62,925 nt of DNA from an uncultured Sphingobacteriales bacterium. Lineage in GTDB: Bacteria; Bacteroidota; Bacteroidia; CAILMK01; CAYYUA01. Both the position numbers and the translations under genes were made by a program. This document shows positions 31,183 through 38,970 of the stretch, piece after piece (the first letter of the stretch is position 1; every line of letters starts with the position of its first letter). The stretch is taken from contig CAZJWK010000002.1 in NCBI GenBank assembly GCA_964549595.1, positions 31,823-94,747 on the forward strand, written 5' to 3'. The notes under the pieces are model-generated. The model searched no databases. It was not told the origin of the DNA and saw only the letters and a program-made list of their open reading frames with translations.

Positions 31183-31794
31183 CTAATCAAAGTTTTTTTC
31201 ACCTGCTTTTATAGCCACTCCCAGCTTGTTTTCCTCCGGCGGAACCGGGCAAGCATAATTTTTATTATAAGCGCAGTAGGGGTTGTAAGCTTTGTTAAAA
31301 TCTACTAAAGTGGTATCTCCTCCCCCTAAAGAATCAATGTCCAGGTAGCGTCCGCCACCATAGGTACTGTGGCCATTGGTATGATCATAAAAAGGAATAA
31401 AGAGTTGATTGGCAGAGCCTTTATCGTTATCCAGGTTTTTGTAAGCATTGAGGGATAGGTTTTTGTCCTTCAATTTAAATTGCAGGCTGGCATATTGGGT
31501 ATAGGTTTTTTCTTCACCGTTGGTATATGCCATTGATATGGTATCCTGTTGGTCTGGCTTTTTAATGGTCGCTGATACACGATACTGCTTCTTAACCGGA
31601 AAGTAATCCAGGCTACGAAAACTCTTCTGTTGCTTTTCTGTTAGCGGCGAATTGTCCGAATATTTAAAGTGCTTATCTTTTTCAAAGCGTTGCCGCTTTA
31701 TCTTGCTTTCGTAGTCTATTTTGTTTTTTGAGCATCCGATAAAGGTTAGAGGAATGGCTAAAAAAATCCACAGAATAATCTTTTTGTCGGGCAT
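31183..31794 (-). CDS. DUF1684-family lipoprotein
   Basis: Lipobox FIGC; LFIPF.D.TNG..TYGGGRY, DFNKAYNPYCAYN..Y.CP.PP.EN. Confidence 0.9.
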   Translation of the reverse strand: MPDKKIILWIFLAIPLTFIGCSKNKIDYESKIKRQRFEKDKHFKYSDNSPLTEKQQKSFRSLDYFPVKKQYRVSATIKKPDQQDTISMAYTNGEEKTYTQYASLQFKLKDKNLSLNAYKNLDNDKGSANQLFIPFYDHTNGHSTYGGGRYLDIDSLGGGDTTLVDFNKAYNPYCAYNKNYACPVPPEENKLGVAIKAGEKNFD

Positions 31795-31798
31795 TGTT

Positions 31799-32692
31799 TT
31801 AAATGGGTATTTTTTGGGTTTGCAAAACCGTTAATTTAGGCTGGCTCTTGTGCACAAAGGCTACCAAATTCAAATTGTTCAAGTCCCATTTTTCCTCAAT
31901 AGAAAAGCGGAATTCTTTGTAAATGACTTGCCTTTTCTCGGGATTATCAAAAATTTTGGTGCCTTTGTAAGGGGTAACAATTTTTCGCAAAAGATGATTA
32001 AGCACGTAATCAGATTTTTTTCCTTGCGGGGTTGCTTGTTTATCCACAATACTATCTTGAGTCACAGCCAGGGTCAGGTTTAATGGATGATCAACATTTT
32101 CATTGAGAAAAACTTTAACACCTGCCGTAACCTGATTCTTTTCCTTCTCCAGTTTTTTAATGAGGTAAATGTTGGCCTTGGTTTGCTGGTTTAATCGGGC
32201 AGGGGCTTTGCCTTTCCATTTTTGATAATCCAAAATGGGACCATCCTCACCGGAAAATTGATACCGATCAATCATACCGGCAGGCTGGGCCGGTTTATCG
32301 AACATTTCATAAAGGGACTGCCCTTTTTTAATTCGATAGTTTTCCTTGCTGCCGGGGTAGGGCCTCGAAAAATTCAGATTGCAGTGAATACCCAAAGCAA
32401 CGACCCGGTCTCCGTATTCTTTTTGAAGGGCTTTAATTTTTTCGGTGGCTTTAGGACAATTGTTACAACGAACACCGGTAAAATCTTCAATCAAAATATT
32501 TTTGGTTTGCCGGTTCGTATCTGAATCCGCATAATAGGAAGTGTCTTTTAGATTTCCGGTTAAAGGAGGTTCCAGCTGAATATTCGGCCCCTCTTCCTCA
32601 CAAGAGGCTAATCCCAATATCAGTACCAGTGATACCAAGCCATGTGGCAATTGGAGCTTATCTAAAATCTTTTTTATGCGATCCCTTTTCAT
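31799..32692 (-). CDS. Omp28-related outer-membrane lipoprotein with thioredoxin-like CxxC
   Basis: Start MKRDRIKK (ATG 32692); lipobox LASC-EEEG; LIEDFTGVRCNNCP; NHLLR; LVAFV. Confidence 0.85.
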   Translation of the reverse strand: MKRDRIKKILDKLQLPHGLVSLVLILGLASCEEEGPNIQLEPPLTGNLKDTSYYADSDTNRQTKNILIEDFTGVRCNNCPKATEKIKALQKEYGDRVVALGIHCNLNFSRPYPGSKENYRIKKGQSLYEMFDKPAQPAGMIDRYQFSGEDGPILDYQKWKGKAPARLNQQTKANIYLIKKLEKEKNQVTAGVKVFLNENVDHPLNLTLAVTQDSIVDKQATPQGKKSDYVLNHLLRKIVTPYKGTKIFDNPEKRQVIYKEFRFSIEEKWDLNNLNLVAFVHKSQPKLTVLQTQKIPI

Positions 32693-32712
32693 AAGCAAGC
32701 CATTATTTTTTA

Positions 32713-34383
32713 TTAGAAATTGGTGGTTACACCGATTTGAGCCCCACTGAAAGCTGGCTCTACCCGGCAGACACCGCCGGTACAAACAATACCTTGCACC
32801 CTTTTCACGTAACCCACACTAAAGCGGGTTTGGTTTTTGGTATAAGTGCCCAGAATGCTGTAATAATGAACCCAGGATTGATCGGATAGCAAATTGCCGT
32901 TTCTCCTTGGTTCCGTATTGACCATATCGGTTACTGAAAGGGTATAATGGGGCGCCACACTAAATTCCAATAGCCCAAACAGGAAATCCCCTTTATCTTG
33001 CTCGGTGGATAAATATTGAAATTCGGCCCTTAGGGATTTTTTTCTGGTAAATTTATAGGTCACCTCAGTATAAGGCGTAACAGTCCGTACCATATTGGCA
33101 CTTGGTTTACCCTGGTAAACAGCCCGGTCATAGTTAACATTTTGAATACCGATGATTGTTTTTAAATTACGACTCCACCGCCTTTGGTAATTAAAATTGA
33201 TTTCCTTGTAAATCTTTTTACCTGGGTTATAAATATCCCCTTCATTGGTTATGCGTTGGAAACCCACAACAGGTGCGGAAATAAGCCTTTTATCCTCACC
33301 ATCTTTAATGTAAGAAAGGTTTAAATTAAAAGTGTTGTTCAGGTCAGGTGAATATTTAACATCACCTTGGTAGGCTTCTTCTCCGAAAGAAAGGGTTTGT
33401 GGCGAATATCGACCTGTTAACCTTCGATTGTGTTGCTTAGCTATGGGGGGCATAAAGTTGATTCTTCCTCTGAATTGCTCCGCATAAGGTGTTGTTTTCA
33501 GCAAGTAGGTGCGGTTTTTCCGGTATTGGAAAGAGATACCCAGACCGGGAAGGGTGTAGTCAATCGAGCTATAGAGGGCATAGCCATCCCGGTTAATGAA
33601 TTTATCCCCGGCTTTATTCCGAATGGCTTCCTGGGATTTATCAGCATATTCCAGGTACCAGCTAAGGTTTTTGTAGTTTAATTGGTTATAAATACTATAA
33701 GCGTAAACATTGTACTTGGGAATAAAACGGTCGTCAAAATTCTGGTAATTCCGGATTTCATTGGCTATATTGTTCATGGTCTGATCATCCAATGTCCTGT
33801 TTACGAAAGCAGCCCCCGGAAAGAGAGATAAGGTGTCGGAAATAAAAATATCCTTTTCCACATTCACCCCTTTTAATATGGGATTGTAGGCACTAAAACG
33901 CTGCTTCTGTTTGCCCGTAAAGCCCGTTACTCTGAATTGATCTGAAAAATCGTATTTTAGCCTCACCCCTTGCACAGCGTTGTCAATGCCAAGAAGCCGG
34001 TCCTCATAAGCCCTGAAAATCATACCGCTTCCAAATTGCTCGTAAAAATGACCACCGGTTATCGTAAGGTTGTTGATCTCTTTGCTCAGTGAATAATAGC
34101 CTAAGCCTTGTTTGCTGTAGGCTTCCTGGGGATCAAAGAGCGGGGAATTATGAAATGCATCAAAACGGGCTGAAACCTTGAAACCCTTGAGCCGGTAGTT
34201 CAGGTAAAACCATCCTTTAGCCGAAGAAAGCTCCTCTTTGTAGTGGGTGGTATTGGTACCGATCTTCGGATCGGAATCGTAAAAATTTCCCTTAAGCTGT
34301 AAATCCCCTGAAAGCCGTCCCTGGGAAAAAAGCCAGACCGGTATCAGTAGATAAAAGCCAAAAAGTAAAAGAATAACCCGCAT
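32713..34383 (-). CDS. DUF6029-family predicted outer-membrane beta-barrel
   Basis: Signal peptide; G.FYEQFGSG...RAYEDR.LGIDN; C-terminal G..CTGGVCR..PAF.G...TTNF; terminal Phe. Confidence 0.8.
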   Translation of the reverse strand: MRVILLLFGFYLLIPVWLFSQGRLSGDLQLKGNFYDSDPKIGTNTTHYKEELSSAKGWFYLNYRLKGFKVSARFDAFHNSPLFDPQEAYSKQGLGYYSLSKEINNLTITGGHFYEQFGSGMIFRAYEDRLLGIDNAVQGVRLKYDFSDQFRVTGFTGKQKQRFSAYNPILKGVNVEKDIFISDTLSLFPGAAFVNRTLDDQTMNNIANEIRNYQNFDDRFIPKYNVYAYSIYNQLNYKNLSWYLEYADKSQEAIRNKAGDKFINRDGYALYSSIDYTLPGLGISFQYRKNRTYLLKTTPYAEQFRGRINFMPPIAKQHNRRLTGRYSPQTLSFGEEAYQGDVKYSPDLNNTFNLNLSYIKDGEDKRLISAPVVGFQRITNEGDIYNPGKKIYKEINFNYQRRWSRNLKTIIGIQNVNYDRAVYQGKPSANMVRTVTPYTEVTYKFTRKKSLRAEFQYLSTEQDKGDFLFGLLEFSVAPHYTLSVTDMVNTEPRRNGNLLSDQSWVHYYSILGTYTKNQTRFSVGYVKRVQGIVCTGGVCRVEPAFSGAQIGVTTNF

Positions 34384-34462
34384 AAAAGATATTGTTAAAA
34401 GTCTTTAAACAAGCTAAGTTAGCGGAGTAATCACATTTAGAAAAATTTTTAAAAGGAAATTT

Positions 34463-35167
34463 TTAGAGAATGCCCTCGTCAGCAAAACTATAGTAACCGT
34501 TATCGGCAAATATGAGGTGGTCTAACACCTTAATGTCCAAAGTTTCCCCTGCTTCTTTGAGTTTTTGGGTTAAGTTTTTATCCTCAGCGCTGGGTTTTTT
34601 GTTGCCGGATGGATGGTTATGACATAGGATGATGGATGAGGCCAGATTTTCCAAAGCCGTTTTAAAGATGATTTTGGGATCCACTACGGTTCCTGAAACC
34701 CCACCTTTACTAATGTTATGTTGGCCTATCACTTTGTTGGCCCGGTCGAGCAAAATCAGGTAAAATTGTTCATGGGATAAATCGGCGAAATAAGGGTAGA
34801 TATGTTCGTAAACTTTATCGCTGCTGTCGACTTTGGGCTTTTCGGCGGGGTCTGCCTTTTTCCGTCTTCTTCCAAGCTCCAGGGCAGCTGCCACTGTAAT
34901 GGCCTTGGCATCTCCAACGCCGGGATTCTCAGTAAGTTGGTTGATGGAAAATTTGCCTAATTGGTTTAGGTTGTTACCGGCACTTTTGAGCATATTTTTG
35001 GCTACATCCACTGCTGATTGTTTCTTAGTGCCGGACCCTAATAAAATCGCTATTAACTCCGCATTGGTAAGTGCCTGATAACCCTTGAGCATCATTTTTT
35101 CCCGTGGGCGATCTTCTTCGGACCAGCCCTTGATACCCAAGTAATTGTTATCAGCGGGGTCACTCAC
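34463..35167 (-). CDS. radC: RadC/JAB-domain protein
   Basis: DRPREK, ELIAILLGSG, AALELGRR, HNHPSG..PS..D, LDH; GTG start. Confidence 0.93.
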   Translation of the reverse strand: MSDPADNNYLGIKGWSEEDRPREKMMLKGYQALTNAELIAILLGSGTKKQSAVDVAKNMLKSAGNNLNQLGKFSINQLTENPGVGDAKAITVAAALELGRRRKKADPAEKPKVDSSDKVYEHIYPYFADLSHEQFYLILLDRANKVIGQHNISKGGVSGTVVDPKIIFKTALENLASSIILCHNHPSGNKKPSAEDKNLTQKLKEAGETLDIKVLDHLIFADNGYYSFADEGIL

Positions 35168-35178
35168 CGGGATTTATT

Positions 35179-35433
35179 TTAAGAGAGGTTGTTAACGTGT
35201 CTCCTGAGCTTGGATTTCAGGTTATTGGCTTTGTTCTTGTGAATCATGTTTCTCCGGGCTAAACGATCCAACCGCGAAGCAACGGTGTTATACCATTTTT
35301 CAGCCTCTTTTTTGTCCGTCATCAAGCGAAGCTTTTTAACGGAATTACGGGCTGTTTTTTTATAATAATGATTATTGGCTTTACGCTTTACGTTCTGTCT
35401 TAACCGCTTTTCTGCTGATGGATAATTTGGCAT
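35179..35433 (-). CDS. rpsT: 30S ribosomal protein S20
   Basis: SAEKRLRQ, IHKNKA..LKSKL; very basic, 84 aa. Confidence 0.95.
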   Translation of the reverse strand: MPNYPSAEKRLRQNVKRKANNHYYKKTARNSVKKLRLMTDKKEAEKWYNTVASRLDRLARRNMIHKNKANNLKSKLRRHVNNLS

Positions 35434-35464
35434 ATCACTCTTCTCCTTTTCATGTTTAAAGGTG

Positions 35465-35472
35465 CAAAATTA
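35465..35472 (-). promoter_or_regulatory. -7 promoter element for rpsT-radC
   Basis: TAATTTTG(CA) about 31 nt before rpsT ATG. Confidence 0.65.
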
Positions 35473-35929
35473 GGGTTTTCTCATTAAATTAAGAAATGGG
35501 TTGAAGAGTGGATGGTTGGGGGATTGTTTGTCGTGGGTTCCTTATGTAGGGTGGCTTGCAATAAAGGTCGCTTGAGGTTGACTGTTGAAAGATTGACCAA
35601 AGTGATTAGCCGGTTTTTACCATTCATTTGCTAACCATTTTTTATGGTACGTTTTTGTCTTTTTCAATCAGAAGATCAAAAATATGGATTTTTGCCGGGG
35701 TTCGCTTGTTCAGGAATAACTACTGATTAATTAGGCCTTATGGATGAAAAATTGCAAGGGTCAAGCCATTAATAGGATAGAAAATAATAAGTTTTTGGCT
35801 TAGATCAGTGGCCATGAAAATCATTGCGCATTGTCAAAGGCTTTTTACCATGGCTTTGACCGACATGCCTGGAAACCAGGAACCATTAAGAGGGAATAAC
35901 CGGGATCTGCCTTGAAGGGATTTTAAAGC

Positions 35930-36457
35930 TTAATTACTTTTTTTCTCTTTATCATCCTTATTCAGTGCTTTTAGTTTTTCCTCCAGCTCATACTCATCGC
36001 CTTCTTTATAGCCGGAATGTTTGTAAACGATCTTACCTTCTTTATTGACGACCATTGAATAGGGTATTGCGGAAAAGTTTAGTTCCCTTTTTGTTTTTTT
36101 ATTGACATCCAGTAAAACATCAAACTGCCAGCGTTCTCCTTTGACAAATGAGCTGACTTTTCTGGTACTACGGGAGTTATCAAGTGAGATGGCTACTAAT
36201 TCCGCATCATACTTTTCTTTCCAATCCGGCATAAGGTATTTTAGGTTATTGAGCTCTTTCTTACAAGGCTTGCACCACGTTGCCCAGAAAGAAAAAATGG
36301 TGATTTTTCCGTTATCGGCATATTTTTCCAAATTGACTTGCTCACCCTCAACGGTTTTTAGGTCAATGGAGGGCACCTTCATCTTACCACCTACCTGCTG
36401 GGCGGAAAGACCCAGTGTGAATAGCATTAAGCCAATAAAAACGTAGGATAATTTCAT
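35930..36457 (-). CDS. TlpA-family periplasmic disulfide reductase
   Basis: Signal peptide MKLSYVF..; SFWATWCKPC; cis-Pro loop AIP. Confidence 0.9.
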   Translation of the reverse strand: MKLSYVFIGLMLFTLGLSAQQVGGKMKVPSIDLKTVEGEQVNLEKYADNGKITIFSFWATWCKPCKKELNNLKYLMPDWKEKYDAELVAISLDNSRSTRKVSSFVKGERWQFDVLLDVNKKTKRELNFSAIPYSMVVNKEGKIVYKHSGYKEGDEYELEEKLKALNKDDKEKKSN

Positions 36458-36506
36458 TGTTTTCGTTTTTGAATTCAAGCTCAAATTAAATAAAATGCTA
36501 AAAGGT

Positions 36507-36535
36507 AAAAAAGCCCGCCAAATGACGGGCTTTTT
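36507..36535 (-). terminator. intrinsic terminator after hppD
   Basis: Minus strand: GCCCGTC-ATTT-GGCGGGC-T6. Confidence 0.85.
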
Positions 36536-36565
36536 CTGCTTATGACATTTATCAACTTTTCCCTG

Positions 36566-37687
36566 TTAAAGGTTACCGCGTTTTTGTTGCTCCCTTTCTA
36601 TGGCCTCGAAAAGGGCTTTAAAGTTGCCTTTACCAAAGGATTTGGCCCCTTTACGCTGAATAACCTCGAAGAAAAGGGTTGGCCTTGGTTCGACAGGCAG
36701 GGTAAAGATTTGCAACATGTAGCCTTCATCGTCCCGGTCTACGAGAATGCCCTCTTCTCTCAGGTCTTGAACCCTTTCGTCAATGTTCCCTACCCGGTCA
36801 AGCAAATCATCGTAATAGGTATCGGGTACGCGAATGAATTCAATACCCCTTTCTTTCATGGCTCTTACGGTGCTTAAAATATCATCAGTTGCCAGTGCGA
36901 TGTGTTGGACGCCGGGGCCATTGTTGTATTCCAGGAATTCCTCGATCTGGGATTTTTTCTTGCCTTCGGCCGGTTCGTTAATGGGGAACTTCACTTTGCC
37001 GTCCCCATTTGTCATCACCTTACTCATTAGGGCGGAGTATTCAGTAGAAATGTCCTGGTCGTCAAAGGAAAGTAAGTTGGTAAAGCCCATGACATCGGCA
37101 TAAAAATCCACCCATTTGTCCATGTGGCCTAATGGCACGTTGCCAACACAATGGTCTACGTGTTTGAAGCCAATTTCGGTAGGTTTGTAAACCGTATTCC
37201 ATTCCTTAAAACCCGGCATGAAAGGCCCGTTATACTGATTACGCTCAACGAAAACATGAACCACATCCCCGTAAGTATGGATACCCGAAAGTTTTACTTT
37301 ACCATTTTCGTCATCCAGGGTTTTGGGTTCCATATATTTTTCACCCCCGCGCTTGGTGGTTTCGTTGAAAGAATATTCCGCATCATCGACCCAAAGCCCG
37401 TAAGCTTTTACTGCATCACCGTGTTGACGAATAAACTCTGAAATTTGACTATCCTTTTCCAAAGGAGAGGTTAATATGAGGGTCACATTGCCTTGCTTAA
37501 CCACGTATGAAACACGGTCATGGACGCCGGTTTCGGGGCCCGAATAGGCGTAGGGCTGAAATCCAAACGCGGTTTGGTAAAAATGAGCGGCTTGTTTGGA
37601 ATTGCTCACATAGAATTCAATGTAATCTGTTCCGTTTATGGGAAGGAAATCTACTTCCTGACCTTCTTTTGCTACTAACTGTTCCAT
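36566..37687 (-). CDS. hppD: 4-hydroxyphenylpyruvate dioxygenase
   Basis: DHCVGNV, SQIEEFL, QHIAL, LQIFT, FFEVIQR, FGKGNFKALFEAIEREQ. Confidence 0.97.
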   Translation of the reverse strand: MEQLVAKEGQEVDFLPINGTDYIEFYVSNSKQAAHFYQTAFGFQPYAYSGPETGVHDRVSYVVKQGNVTLILTSPLEKDSQISEFIRQHGDAVKAYGLWVDDAEYSFNETTKRGGEKYMEPKTLDDENGKVKLSGIHTYGDVVHVFVERNQYNGPFMPGFKEWNTVYKPTEIGFKHVDHCVGNVPLGHMDKWVDFYADVMGFTNLLSFDDQDISTEYSALMSKVMTNGDGKVKFPINEPAEGKKKSQIEEFLEYNNGPGVQHIALATDDILSTVRAMKERGIEFIRVPDTYYDDLLDRVGNIDERVQDLREEGILVDRDDEGYMLQIFTLPVEPRPTLFFEVIQRKGAKSFGKGNFKALFEAIEREQQKRGNL

Positions 37688-37717
37688 AAGCTTAGTTTTT
37701 TATGTTTTTTTCAATTT

Positions 37718-38896
37718 TTATTTATCACTTTTCTTGTTTTCTTCAGCCAACCAGGTTTGGTAATACTCCTTAAATTCGGTGCTCAGGGCATTATCGGTTA
37801 ACCACAGAGGCCTGAAGGTATCCACCATAACGGCTAATTCATCGGTTCCTTCTTTGCCTATGCTTGCTTCGGCAGCACCGGGATGAGGCCCATGGGGAAT
37901 CCCCTGTGGATGAAGGCTTATCATGCCTTTTTCTACATGTTTCCGGCTCATAAAGTTGCCTTCCACGTAATAAAGTACTTCATCAGAATCTACATTGCTG
38001 TGGGTATAGGGTGCGGGTATGGCTTCAGGGTGGTAATCAAACTTTCTGGGGCAAAAAGAACAAATCACGTAATTCTTGGCCTCAAAAGTTTGATGAACCG
38101 GAGGAGGCTGATGAATCCGACCCGTAATGGGTTCAAAATCGTGAATGGAAAAACCATAGGGGTAGGCATAACCATCCCAGCCTACCACATCAAAAGGATG
38201 GGTGGCATAAATATAGGGGTAAATCTCATCGTATTTCTTGATTTTGATCTCGAAATCGCCTACCTCATCATAAGTTTCCAGATCCCTTGGTTTTTTGATG
38301 TCCCTTTCACAGTAGGGCGAATGTTCCATGAATTGACCGAATTCGTTCAAGTACTTTTTTGGGGGCCGGACGTGAGTAGCGGATTCCAGAAAAAGTAGCC
38401 GGTTATCATTATCGTTGAATTCAATTTGGTAAATGGTGCCCCTTGGAATAATCAGGTAATCTCCGTATTCGAAGGGAATTTGACCAAACATGGTCTTGAG
38501 ATTCCCCTCTCCGCGATGAATGAAGAGGACTTCGTCACAATTGGCGTTTTTGTAAAAATAATCTTTCATGGATTGTTTCGGAGCCGCTACACCCATTTTC
38601 ACATCATGGTTCACCATCAGGATTTTACGGCTATCAAGGAAATCGCCCACCGGTTCTACCTGAAAACTCATGAAAGCGCGGTGCTGCATATTGTTTTTTA
38701 CCGCAATGTTCGGGCTCACATCGACCGGATCATGAATTTCCCGGATTTGGGTGGGTCGCTGGACATGGTAAGTAAGGGAGCTAATGTTGGAAAAGCCTTC
38801 AGTGGATATAAGCTGTTCCGGATAAAGCTCACCGTTAGGCTGGCGGAATATTGTGTGTCTTTTGTGGGGTATCTTCCCTAACTGGTAGTAGTGCAT
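37718..38896 (-). CDS. hmgA: homogentisate 1,2-dioxygenase
   Basis: HPFDVVGWDG, HQPPPVH, PY.HSNVDSDE, HP.GIPHGP, ELAVMVDT; start at MHYYQLG. Confidence 0.93.
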   Translation of the reverse strand: MHYYQLGKIPHKRHTIFRQPNGELYPEQLISTEGFSNISSLTYHVQRPTQIREIHDPVDVSPNIAVKNNMQHRAFMSFQVEPVGDFLDSRKILMVNHDVKMGVAAPKQSMKDYFYKNANCDEVLFIHRGEGNLKTMFGQIPFEYGDYLIIPRGTIYQIEFNDNDNRLLFLESATHVRPPKKYLNEFGQFMEHSPYCERDIKKPRDLETYDEVGDFEIKIKKYDEIYPYIYATHPFDVVGWDGYAYPYGFSIHDFEPITGRIHQPPPVHQTFEAKNYVICSFCPRKFDYHPEAIPAPYTHSNVDSDEVLYYVEGNFMSRKHVEKGMISLHPQGIPHGPHPGAAEASIGKEGTDELAVMVDTFRPLWLTDNALSTEFKEYYQTWLAEENKKSDK

Positions 38897-38970
38897 AACT
38901 TTTAAGTTTTTCCTGTTCACTAATTCGTTCTAATATACAATATTTCGAGCTAATTTACAAGGTATTATGA

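Noticed and set aside
34463-35167. RadC/JAB as a mobile-element or anti-phage component
   Set aside because: Full-length chromosomal type with the N-terminal helical region, next to rpsT; no E1/E2, CBASS or mobility genes nearby.
35496-35540. G-rich, loosely 8-periodic stretch upstream of the rpsT promoter
   Set aside because: Too degenerate to call a repeat or G-quadruplex with confidence.
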